Below, in pieces: positions 37,262 through 49,358 of a stretch of 64,000 bases of DNA. Each line of letters opens with the position of its first letter. Position 1 is the first letter of the stretch. The position numbers were made by a program, and so were the translations under genes. Below the pieces are notes generated by a model. It searched no databases and had not been told where the DNA came from. It worked only from the letters and a program-made list of their open reading frames with translations. Source of the DNA: Eledone cirrhosa (Eukaryota); contig OZ024740.1 of the NCBI GenBank assembly GCA_964016885.1, positions 431,148,001-431,212,000 on the forward strand, given 5' to 3'.

Positions 37262-37603
37262 GTTATATAGTTATAGAGGTGCATATATACATTTTAATTT
37301 ATATTTTTAATTATTGTGTGTCTACCCTGCCTTCCATAGATATAGAATCCATACACTGGTGGTTTTCCCTGTTTTATTGATGGCACACTATCTCTCTCTA
37401 GTGTGTTACCTTTTCAACATATTGTATTTTAAAGAGCTCAGGATTCCTTCCCCTTTCAGCACATTATTGACAGGGAATAGCGAGAGTCTATGGCTCCACT
37501 AATTTATCGTGATATATTATATTATATATATATATATATATATATATCAGATTTTAAAAAGGAGTCCATCAATTATTAAAGTAGATATTGAAGTATAACT
37601 CAC

Positions 37604-37740
37604 CTTAGCAGGACCTACTATGGTCCCATTCCAATGGACAAATAAAAGATCATCATCTGATTCCAATCCCCAGCTGATACCCTCTCCTACTCCTGACTGA
37701 CCTTCTTCATATTCTTCAAGTAGCCGGAAATTTCTAGGAA
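37604..37740 (-). CDS. UBE2V: UBE2V-family coding exon ((V)[45 protein letters not shown])
   Basis: Acceptor TTGTTATTTAG and donor GTGAGT. 137 nt, phase 1/0. Carries the hallmark [16 protein letters not shown]...SWGL motif of UEV1/MMS2. Absent from the ORF track. Confidence 0.97.
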
Positions 37741-37963
37741 CTAAATAACAATAACAACAATTATCAAATTATTGCATTTAAAACAGAAAAAATACATTTT
37801 AATATTAACAAAATATACTTTTTCTTTTTGAGGCGCTTATAGTATCAGTGAAACCTCTAAGTAAACAGCCACCATTAATAATATATTTTCATAACTAAAT
37901 TATTATGAAGAAATACAATAATAGCCTGTTTTGGCAGCTATTGAAGTGTACAGAATCTCCACC

Positions 37964-38158
37964 TTAACCCTTTAGCATTTACATTACTCTATATTTACTA
38001 TTGTATTTTCACGGTAAACACTTAGAATCGAATCTATGAAATTTTGATATTTATTTTGAGAATACCTTAACATCAGTATAAGTGACCAGTTACAGCATGT
38101 TTGAAGAGTAAGAGGTGAGTCTGGCCAGATACGGCTGGTTTAAATGCTAAAGGGTTAA
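37964..38158. mobile_element. piggyBac-type MITE flanked by TTAA
   Basis: TTAA-CCCTTTAGCATTTA ... TAAATGCTAAAGGG-TTAA. A second, inverted copy lies at 47748-47963. Confidence 0.8.
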
Positions 38159-39141
38159 AATAACATCTATCGTTGTTTTATCAAGTGTGTGTGTTTGTTT
38201 GTTGATGTTCTCTCTCTTTCACTCACTGCCTCCGTATCTCATTATTATATGCAAATGGGAACCCACGTGCTGGCAGCTCGACAGACAGAATAGAGAATAC
38301 TGGATGGAGAGGGGTAAAAATTAACTTATGTTGCTTAAATAAAAACAGTTTTCATCAAAATTGTCTTTCAAGGTCAACCAACAATACTATTAAAAAAAAA
38401 ACAAATGAAATTTTTAAAACCATAGGAAGAAAGTAAATATATAACCTTTTGAGCAAGACCTGGCCTGTTTTCTGTATGATTAACAGAAACCTCTTTGTAT
38501 AGCCATACTAACAAATTTTGAAAGATAAACAGTAACAAGGATACAAATGAATAGATATATATACCAACATATTATAATGATCAAATAATTTCTCACTGAG
38601 TCAAATCAACCTAAGAAAATACTGACTGTAACCCAACTAGGAATAAGCCCCTGTAGATAGTATTTGTTGAGTGGAAAAGTCTGGCAACAAAGGGCTTCTC
38701 TCAGAATGAAGGGCAAATTGCATGATGCTTATATATGAAATGTGAGGCTACATGGCAGCAAAAATATAACAAATGTAAGGAAAATATATAATGAATGGCT
38801 AGAAATGAAGCATGTTTTGTTGGATATGTATAATGTAAGCAATGAAGAACAAATAAGCTGAGAGAGAAACTGGATATAAATATAGTTAGATGTAGTAAGA
38901 GAGAAGACTGATAGGAATGAGCATGTGATGCACATGGAGGATATCAGTTGTATAAAGAAGTGGTGTATGCTTGTAACAGACAGTACCTGTGGAAAAGATA
39001 TGTTGTAAGGGTTAATATAGCATTAGGTCTCATGTTCACTGTACACCTGCTAAATCTCCATCTAATAATCTCTCATGTATCACCTTCTATACCACACTGT
39101 GCAATGAGGGATAATGTCTATGTCTATTCTTCTATCATGTG

Positions 39142-40705
39142 AAACCAAGGAGCAACATCTGTCCATATTTTGTACCACCATTAGCACTAACCATCACAAA
39201 CCAAGGAGCAACATCTGTCCATATTCTGTACCACCATTAGCACTAACCATCACAAACCAAGGAGCAACATCTGTTCATGTTCTGTACCACCATTAGCACT
39301 AACCACCACAAACCAAGGAGCAACATCTGTTCATATTCTGTACCACCATTTGCACTAACCATCACAAACCAAGGAGCAACATCTGTTCATGTTATGTACC
39401 ACCATTTGCACTAACCATCACAAACCAAGAAGCAACATCTGTCCATATTCTGTACCATCACAAACCAAGAAGCAACATCTGTCCATATTCTGTACCATCA
39501 CAAACCAAGGAGCAACATCTGTCCATATTCTGTACCATCACTAGCACTAACCACCACAAACCAAGGAGCAACATCTGTCCATATTCTGTACCATCACTAG
39601 CACTAACCACCACAAACCAAGGAGCAACATCTGTTCATATTCTGTACCACCATTTGCACTAACCATCACAAACCAAGAAGCAACATCTGTCCATATTTTG
39701 TACCATCACAAACCAAGGAGCAACATCTGTCCATATTCTGTACCATCACTAGCACTAACCATCACAAACCAAGGAAAAACATCTGTCCATATTCTGTACC
39801 ATCACTACCACTACCCATCACAAACCAAGGAGCAACATCTGTCCATATTCTGTACCATCACTACCACAAACCATCACAAACCAAGGAGTAACATCTGTCC
39901 ATATTCTGTACCACCATTTGCACTAACCATCACAAACCAAGGAGCAACATCTGCCCATATTCTGTACCATCACTAGCACTAACCATCACAAACCAAGGAG
40001 CAACATCTGTCCATATTCTGTACCATCACAAACCAAGGAGCAACATCTGCCCATATTCTGTACCATCACTAGCACTAACCATCACAAACCAAGGAGCAAC
40101 ATCTGTCCATATTCTGTAGCATCACAAACCAAGGAGCAACATCTGTCCATATTCTGTACCATCACAAACCAAGGAGCAACATCTGTCCATATTCTGTACC
40201 ATCACAAACCAAGGAGCAACATCTGTCCATATTCTGTACCATCACTACCACAAACCATCACAAACCAAGGAGTAACATCTGTCCATATTCTGTACCACCA
40301 TTTGCACTAACCATCACAAACCAAGGATCAACATCTGTCCATATTCTGTACCATCACTACCACTACCCATCACAAACCAAGGAGCAACATCTGTCCATAT
40401 TCTGTACCATCACTAGCACTAACCATCACAAACCAAGGAGCAACATCTGTCCATATTCTGTACCATCACTAGCACTAACCATCACAAACCAAGGAGCAAC
40501 ATCTGTCCATATTCTGTACCATCACTACCACTAACCATCACAAACCAAGGAGCAACATCTGTCCATATTCTGTACCATCACTACCACTAACCATCACAAA
40601 CCAAGGAGCAACATCTGTCCATATTCTGTACCATCACTAGCACTAACCATCACAAACCAAGGATCAACATCTGTCCATATTCTGTACCACCACTAGCACT
40701 AACCA
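39142..40705. repeat. Minisatellite with 56-bp and 40-bp units (AAACCAAGGAGCAACATCTGTCCATATTCTGTACC...)
   Basis: Period 56 (39142 to 39198) and period 40 (39422 to 39462). Confidence 0.95.
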
Positions 40706-40782
40706 TCTCTCTACCATGAGACTTAGTTAACATTTACCAGTCTCACTTAACATTAATCATATCAGATGATCCTTTTGTTACT

Positions 40783-41300
40783 ATCATCATCGTTTAACAT
40801 CTATCTTCCACACTAGCATGGGTTTGGATGGGAATTTTCCCACTTGAGGCAAGATTGGGTGTCCTGCTCGCATAGGACTGTCTGGCGGGTTTTCTACGGC
40901 TGGATGCCCTTCCTAACACCAACCACATTTACAGTGTGGACTGGGAGGTTTTTACCGTGTTACCTACACGGCCACATTACAGCGTGGACTGTGTGTTTTT
41001 TTGTCGTCACACCTACACGCCTCATTTGTTTCGGACTGGATGTTGTGGTACCAACATAACTTTACATTGAAAGGGGTGGTGTGGATGAGGTGGGGGTAGT
41101 GGGACGGGGGTGTATTTTGTTAGAGGTGCCTACTGACTGTAGTAGGTTTCACTTTGTACTTAGGTAAGGCGGGTCTTCTGTATTACTGTGTAGCGCCAAA
41201 GATCTCGGTCCAGTGACATTGTCTTGGAGAGGTGTAAGTGTGTGAGGTCGGAATTTATCAAGTCGTCCCAGGTTTTTCTGGGTCTGCCTACTCCGTGGCT
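40783..41300 (-). mobile_element. 5'-truncated RTE family-B copy (ORF end plus 3' UTR)
   Basis: GVGRPRKTWDDLINSDLTHLHLSKTMSLDRDLWRYTVIQKTR followed by the 3' UTR and an (ATC)n tail. Confidence 0.9.
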
Positions 41301-41906
41301 ACTAACAAAGGTTATTACCATTACCCTATACAGCCGACCCCTTCCCATAAATAGCAGCTAACATCTACCACTCTTATCAAGAGATACCCCTATTGCTATC
41401 CCATCATGTTCCTGTTTTCTGCCCAACCTCCACTCCCAACAATTAACATGTAGCAGCTCCCTGTCCATCTCCACCCCCAACAATTAACATGTAGCAGCTC
41501 CTGTCCATCTCCCTCCCCAACAACCATGTAGCAGCCCCCACCATCCTATTTTTGTTTCTCCCCTCAAAACTCACCTCTTTTATCCTGTTAACCATCACTT
41601 TTCTAATCAAACTCTAGATCAGATTTGCCTTGAAATAACAAAGACTACTACACAGGATGGAAATGGCTCTTTAGCCTTACAGGAAACTAGGTAACCTCTC
41701 TAGTGTTGGAGTTAGGAAGAGTACCTAGCCATAGAAACGATGCCAAAAGATGGAACATTTGAATGAGAATAGTCCTGTGACCAATCTCAAAGGCCAGCAG
41801 CTCTGAATAAGAGCTGACTTGAACCATAATGACCAATCCAACAAATGCCAGATGGGAAAGCAGATGTAAAATGATGCCAAATATTAACATATATATATAT
41901 ATGTAT

Positions 41907-42192
41907 ATCATCATCATCATCATCTTACGTCCGCTTTTCCTTGCTTGCAAGGGTGGGACGGGTCTTATTCAGCACAGCATCTCTCCACTCGTCACAGTCC
42001 CTTGTCATCTCCACCGTGAGCTTCAATGATCTGAGGTCTGTTCTCACCACCTCCACCCATGTTTTTCGTGGTCTACCTCTACCACGTCTTCCTTCAACTG
42101 GCATTTCCTGGCACTTCTTCACCCATCGGTCATTCTCCATGCGCATCACATGTCCATACCACCTCAGTCTCCTCTCCCGTACACTACATTCT
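41907..42192 (-). mobile_element. RTE family-A 3' fragment
   Basis: MMRMENDRWVKKCQEMPVEGRRGRGRPRKTW. (TA)n on both sides. Confidence 0.9.
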
Positions 42193-42410
42193 ATATATAT
42201 ATAATATAATATAATATATAATATATAATATCATCATTGTTTAACATCCATCTTTCACGGAAGAATCAGTGATGCATCGAAACACAATTTATTAAGGTAT
42301 TACAGTTGTTTCTCCGATGAACAGCTCGAGGTATGATCTATTTGAGGATCGAACCTGATATAATATATATATATCACAGAAATTATATATCACACCAATT
42401 ATATATATAT

Positions 42411-42710
42411 CATCATCATCGTTTAACGTCTATCTTCCACGCTAGCATGGGTTTAGACGGGAGTTGTCCCACTTGAGGCAAGATTGGTTGTCTTGCTCGT
42501 ATAGGACTGTCTGGCGGGTTTTCTACTGCTGGATGCCCTTCCTAACACCAACCACGTTTACAGTGTGAACTGGGAGGTTTTTACCGTGTTACCTACACGG
42601 CCACATTACAGCGTGGACTGTGTGTTTTTTTGTTGTGACACCTACACGACCTCATTTATTTAGGACTGGATGCTGTGGTACCAACATAACTTTACGGAGA
42701 AAGGGGTGGA
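42411..42710 (-). mobile_element. RTE family-B 3' UTR fragment
   Basis: Same sequence as 35506-35842 and 40783-41080. Confidence 0.85.
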
Positions 42711-44194
42711 GGAGAAAGAAAATTGATAATGTGTAACTTTTGTCAGGGACATTATCACAATTGGTTCATTTTTATCTGAGGAGATATTCCTTCACAAAAG
42801 AAATATAAAAGTAGTACAATTTGTGTTTGAAGTGTGTAAGTTGAAGGTAATTTGGTAAGGTGTTAGTTCCAAAGACATGAAAGCTGGGGGGATAGAGTAA
42901 GATGCTGTGTGTAGCCTGGTTACACCGTAACCACCTGCATGTTGTAAGAGGTGACTAAAAGGATTGGCATCAGGAAGGGCATCCGCCTGTAAAAACGTTG
43001 TTTCAAAACATTCCATACAACACATGGCAGCATGAAAAAGTGGATGCGATGACAATAATGAAGTAGACATAGCAGAATTGATGAAAAGTAACTGAATTAA
43101 ATTGGTTTATGAAATGACCTAGTTAGTAATTTGTATAGACGGAAAGAGAGGAAGACTGTTCATATCCAGGAATTTGAAGATGATTGCATGTGAATTTACT
43201 TATCAAAGTATTTTCTTCCTGTGTGTTGTGAACATAGTATGGATCTACACTATCCTACATTTGAGAGCAGTACACAACTGATATATATAGTTTTGAACCG
43301 CTAATCCCGATAGCTTCAGATCAAAGTTTAGAGGGGGGTTTTACTCTAACGAGAAAACTGTTTCTCCCCACCAACCAGCCTACTGAGAGGTGGGTTAGAC
43401 ACAAGAAAATTAAAGTAATTATATTCAAATTCATGACCATCATCACCATCACTGTTTAATGTCTATTTTTCCATACTTGCATGGGTTAGGTGTTATGAGA
43501 CAAGTCCGGCCAGTTGGCTACACTGTACCTTGCTCAAATGGAACTATATTTTGGCTGTGATTTTTACAGCTGGATGCCCTTCCTAACACCAACCATGTTT
43601 ACAATGTGGAACAAATGGTTGATAATCTATCAAATTAACCTTACAACATCTACATATTAAGAGACCCCAGAATAAAAACAAAGTAATGAAAGTCATCAAC
43701 CCAGTTCTACCCAAGATGATACAACTAGTTCCTCTATTAACGCTACATATAGCAATCAAATTGTTATATATGAAATAAGCAATTTTGAAGTTCATAAAAC
43801 AAATGTCATTATAGAAAAAGATTAAAATAATATGACATAAACCTACTGGCACCAACTAGGACATTTCCATTGTTTTGGAGATTGTGAAAAATACTGAAGG
43901 AGGTTTTATTTAAATCTATTTTCTAGTTCTACATATAAAGTTGGTTAACTTTCAAAATAGTTTTTTTCATTTTTATGAAACTTCTTAGTAGATATAAACA
44001 TAAATCCTCTGCCAATACATACATACATCCAATTTTACTTAGTATTTCTAACTTCTCATTAATATTTTACTTCATCACATTTCCCTATTTTCACAATCTT
44101 AAAAGAACAATACAATCAACCAAGTGTTTTTGCTAGACAGAAAAATGTGAAACACTTCTTTTAAAATATTATTTTTCTCCCTACTAATGAAAGG

Positions 44195-45150
44195 TCAGCT
44201 GTATGATGCCTGTGTGTGAAGTGCCATGTTACATGGTAGTGAGACATGGGCAGTGACTGCAGAGGATATATGGAGGCTGGAAAGAAATGAGGCAAGCATG
44301 GATGAACAAAGGGAGTAACTGGGTATAAGAGGAGTCAGATGTGTGTAGGAGAGGAGACTACATTGGTATGGACATGTGATGTGTATAGATGAACTGATGG
44401 AGAAACTGGGTATAAGAGGAATCACAAGTAGTATGTAGGAGAGGAGACTACATTGGTATGGACATGTGATGCCCATGGCTAATGATTGTGGCATGATACT
44501 CCGCTTATCCATCGGACCAGTCTCATTTCCATTCTTTCTAGCCTTCTCTGCTGCTCCAAGTTTGTCTCACTTCTCCAACATGCAGTAGACACCTTCCCCT
44601 TCAGTTTCAGCACTATTCCTCTTATTATTAGTATATGCCACTCAGTTTCCACACCTTATTCCATGTACATCTCACACTAACTGCTGTTGACGACATTGAT
44701 CCATCTTCTCTATTCAACGTGTCTCCAAGGTAATAAAAATTTTCTGCACCGTTCCCAAGATCCAACTCAACACTCTCTCCATCAGTAGCCCCCCTCATTC
44801 ACAATTGACACTTAAATGTAGCTACCATATTATTTAATAATCTCTTCACACCATTAAATGTTCAATGTACCCACGTGATTTACATTGTACAAGATTTCAC
44901 TCCAACACTCTTCCTCTTCTATCTCACCATATACTTTACAGTTATCATCACCTTTGTCATCTCTATACCTTTTGTCTCTCTGCCTTCCACCCCAGTGCAA
45001 CCATACTCTCTATTAACACAAAGTAATCTCTATACAGCAGCTCCCCTATAAACACCTTCATGTGAGTACTCTCCTCACAACAACAAATAACAGTGGAATA
45101 CTGGTTTTTGATGCAATCCAACCTTCACTTCAAACTTGTCACTGTTCCTG
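44195..45150. mobile_element. Old RTE fragments: plus strand 44195-44480 (internal duplication), then a highly decayed minus-strand segment
   Basis: LYDACV*SAMLHGSETWAVTAED, and two tandem ERRLHWYGHVM blocks. Confidence 0.65.
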
Positions 45151-45169
45151 TCCACCATCCTTACTACAG

Positions 45170-46975
45170 AACAGTTAAAACACTAATGTGGTAGAGGGGG
45201 TTAACAGTTAAAACACTAACTATTCTTAATGTGGTAGAGGAGGTTAAGAGTTAAAACACTAACTATTGTCAATGTGGTAGAGGAGGTTAACAGTTAAAAC
45301 ACTAACTATTGTTGATGTGGTAGAGGAGGTTAACAGTTAAAACATTAACTATTGTTAATATGGTAGAGGAGGTTAACAGTTAAAACACTAACTATTGTTA
45401 ATGTGGTAGAGGAGGTTAACAGTTAAAACACTACACTAACCATTGTTAATGTGGTAGAGGTTAACAGTTTAAACACTACACTAACCTTGTTAATGTGGTA
45501 GAGGAGGTTAACAGCAAAAACACTAACTATTGTTGATGTAGAAGAGGAGGTTAACAGTTAAAACACTACAATAACCATTGTTAATGTGGTAGAGGAGGTT
45601 AACAGTTAAAACACTAACTATTGTTAATGTGGTAGAGGAGGTTAACAGTTAAAACACTAACCATTGTTAATGTGGTAGAGGAGGTTAACAGTTAAAACAC
45701 TAACTATTGTTAATGTGGTAGAGGAGGTTAACAGTTAAAACACTAACTATTGTTAATGTGGTAGAGGAGGTTAACAGTTAAAACACTAACTATTGTTAAT
45801 GTGGTAGAGGAGGTTAACAGTTAAAACACTAACTATTGTTGATGTGGTAGAGGAGGTTAACAGTTAAAACACTACACTAACCATTGTTAATGTGGTAGAG
45901 GAGGTTAACAGTTAAAACACTACACTAACCATTGTTAATGTGGTAGAGGAGGTTAACAGTTAAAACACTAACTATTGTTAATCTGGTAGAGGAGGTTAAC
46001 AGTTAAAACACTAACTATTGCTAATGTGGTAGAAGAGGTTAACAGTTAAAACACTAACTATTGTTAATGTGGTAGAGGAGGTTAACAGTTAAAACACTAC
46101 ACTAACCATTGTTAATGTGTTAGAAGAGGTTAACAGTTAAAACACTAACTATTGTTAATGTGGTAGAAGAGGTTAACAGTTAAAACACTAACTATTGTTG
46201 ATGTGGTAGAGGAGGTTAACCATTAAAACACTAACTATTGTTAATGTGGTAGAGGAGGTTAACAGTTAAAACACTACACTAACCATTGTTAATGTGGTAG
46301 AAGAGGTTAACAGTTAAAACACTAACTATTGTTAATGTGGTAGAAGAGGTTAACAGTTAAAACACTAACTATTGTTGATATGGTAGAGGAGGTTAACCGT
46401 TAAAACACTAACTATTGTTAATGTGGTAGAGGAGGTTAACAGTTAAAACACTAACTATTGTTAATGTGGTAGAGGAGGCTAACAGTTAATACACTAACTA
46501 TTGCTGTGGTAGAGGAGGTTAACAGTTAAAACACTAACTATTGCTGTGGTAGAGGAGGTTAACAGTTAAAACACTAACTATTGCTAATGTGGTAGAGGAG
46601 GTTAACAGTTAAAACACTACACTAACCATTGTTAATGTGGTAGAAGAGGTTAACAGTTAAAACACTAACTATTGTTAATATGGTAGAGGAGGTTAACCGT
46701 TAAAACACTAACTATTGTTAATGTGGTAGAGGAGGTTAACAGTTAAAACACTAACTATTGTTAATGTGGTAGAGGAGGTTAACAGTTAAAACACTAACTA
46801 TTGCTGTGGTAGAGGAGGTTAACAGTTAAAACACTACACTAACCATTGTTCATGTGGTAGAGGAGGTTAACAGTTAAAACACTACACTAACCATTGTTAA
46901 TGTGGTAGAGGAGGTTAACAGTTAAAACTCTACACTAACCATTGTTAATGTGGTAGAGGAGGTTAACATTTAAAA
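45170..46975. repeat. Minisatellite, 43-bp unit (AACAGTTAAAACACTAACTATTGTTAATGTGGTAGAGGAGGTT), with 48-bp and 40-bp variants
   Basis: Direct reading; about 40 units. Confidence 0.95.
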
Positions 46976-47747
46976 CCTTCTTAACAATATTAACCTTACT
47001 TTCAGCTAAATAATGCAAAAATTTTACTAAATTTCCTAAGTTAACTGAAACAATATATTTCATTAAAAATATATTAACCAGAGTCAAATGATGTGGAGAA
47101 AATGAGGGGAATATAATATGGAGTGAAAAAGTGATTATTTACAAGAAACGTGGCTAAATAGAAGAGCCAAATGAAATTATACTGGCAGTATATTTAAATA
47201 ATGAATGTGTGATTAAATGTTAATTTTCAAATTTTGTATTTCTGGATAGATAAAAAAATCTCTATTTTTTAATTAATTAGTCTAGAGAGGATTTTTAACA
47301 CTTCTTCATTAACAGAAGAGATAGGATTAATTAGGAGAATATGCGCAAATATTCAGCACTATATGTTACGAGCTGGTCTTGGAATTTTCAAACCTTGTCA
47401 ACTGCTTGAAACTAGGTATAAAAAATACTTCAACTGCAGGCAGATTAAAAAGTGACAAAATGTTGACAAATTTGAAACACCAATAAATGAATCTTAAACC
47501 CTAAAGTCTACAGGTATTGCCCTTTTCCCATAATCTAAAAAATTAACTAATTCCCATATCTGTGATTGGATGAATTCTAAAATATTTTCATTCCTGTTCA
47601 TAGCTTGATCTGCTTTTTCAATCTTATTTTGATAAGAGAAATGGAAAATTTTGACAGTCATGTTTTTTCTCAAGAACATTAGTGGTGCTGACTTCTAATA
47701 ATCAACACAACTAACAAGCTAACCTCACCCGGGAAATTATTTCTAAC

Positions 47748-47963
47748 TTAACCTTTTAGCATTTAAACTAGCCATATCCAGCTAGAATTCTCTTACCTCT
47801 TTCTGTTCAAACCAGTCATAACCGGCAGCTCATACCGACGTTAAGGTACTGTTCTCAAAATATATAATATCAAAATCTCATAGATTCAATATTATGTGAG
47901 ATAAAACCTTTTCTGTGAAAATACAATAGTAAATATAGAGTAATGTAAATGCTAAAGAGTTAA
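47748..47963. mobile_element. piggyBac-type MITE, inverted relative to 37964-38158
   Basis: TTAA-CCTTTTAGCATTTA ... TAAATGCTAAAGAG-TTAA. The internal sequence is the reverse-complement homolog. Confidence 0.75.
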
Positions 47964-48748
47964 AGACACTTTCCACAATCAATTCCCTTCATTTCAAATG
48001 TTCAAGGATCCCTAGTTTACAGCTAAATAATACAACTTGAAGTATTTTGTTCAACTTTTATGTCTTTTTATTTAGCACATCAGATTAAAATCCTCACTGT
48101 CCCCTGAGACAATGTATTCTCCATTCTATCACCCTATGTACCAGGTATTTGACAAAGTGAGGCTGCTCGACATAGGAGTCCTAAACCAGAGGTTTCCAAA
48201 CTTATTTTAACTACTGTCCCCTTTTTAAAGAATATATTTCACCAGCCTGCCCCACTGCAAAGTTGATTAAAATTTAAACTGTGATATTTATTCTTGCTAT
48301 CAGCATAAATCCTGCCAAGGTCAACTTTGCCCTTTATCCTATGGAGATCAATATATAAACTATCAGTTTAGTATTGGAGTCAATTTTTCCCTCTATGTCT
48401 CTTTCTCATTTCTTCTCCCAATTGGTTAAGAGAGATGGGCCTCCAATATCTCAACCCTTAACTCCATCTGAAATAAAGGGTCCATGATATTATATGGCAT
48501 ACAAATAAAATTTATGTTTGTAACCTTTAAAGTACAGGAAGAACAACACAGTATATAAGAGTGTGGGGGAGGGGAAGACAAAATAATTGTAATTATTATA
48601 AAATTATATATTCACAATAAATCATTCTACAATTAAATTAATTTTAAAATGTGATAAAATATATATAGTCTATCAGGATAGAACCGTTTTTAACTAGTTA
48701 GACTATTACTCAACAGAGTACTCGATACTTGGGATAGTAGAGTATGGT

Positions 48749-48840
48749 TATATTATAAAGTTGAAGCACAATGGGTGAGCTCTTGCTGTTTCAACAGCTG
48801 TTGAAATGGCAAGAGCTCAGCCATCAGGCTTTATAATATA
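48749..48840. other. Imperfect foldback hairpin (about 90 nt)
   Basis: TGAGCTCTTGCTGTTTCAACAG|CTGTTGAAATGGCAAGAGCTCA, with outer arms TATATTATAAAG/CTTTATAATATA. Confidence 0.8.
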
Positions 48841-49315
48841 GTATAATATATAATTGAGCCAATGCACCTCTATATGAATTTAACTAGCTGTGCAGAGGTA
48901 AAACTGCCAAAACTAGAATTATTTAGCAGAACAAAAGAGTGGTTGCTTTCTATTTCACAAAACAACTGCTGCTATAGAGATTATATACTGTAACTATACT
49001 AATATTCTTTGTTAACAAATTAGAAGCCTGACAATGAACTACTTCTCTACCATAAAACTAAATTACTGTCTGTAAATTCAAAGAGATTGCTTTAAGGAAA
49101 GACATCCAGTTAGGCACCAATTGGTAAAAAAATACTTTCAAATTTGTAAATATTACCTGCATGGAAGGGAGATGAAAATAAACAAAATTACATTTTAAAA
49201 TTTGAAATATATTTAGAGGATAAAACCCTACCATGAAATAATAAAGTGTGTCATGTGACAAATACATTGAGCTAGGTTTGTTTTGAAAATGGTAATTTGA
49301 TATTCTCCTCCTTAC

Positions 49316-49358
49316 CTCTCTCTCTCACACAAGTGTTGACGAGATGTTCAGTAGTCAT
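49316..49358 (-). CDS. UBE2V: Candidate first coding exon of the UBE2V gene (MTTEHLVNTCVRER + G)
   Basis: ATG in a TAAATG context. 43 nt to an AG|GTAAGG donor. Phase 1 joins G+TT to give Val of VPRNF. The peptide itself has no homology support. Confidence 0.5.

Larger units (their letters stand above)
36851..37428. repeat. Long palindrome, 285-bp arms and 8-nt loop; probable PLE inverted terminus (right side continues to about 37510)
   Basis: Mirror ORFs 36899-37081(-) and 37198-37380(+) translate identically. Paired coordinates sum to 74279. Confidence 0.95.

Noticed and set aside
36899-37380. Duplicated identical 60-aa genes on opposite strands
   Set aside because: A by-product of the palindrome, with low-complexity composition.
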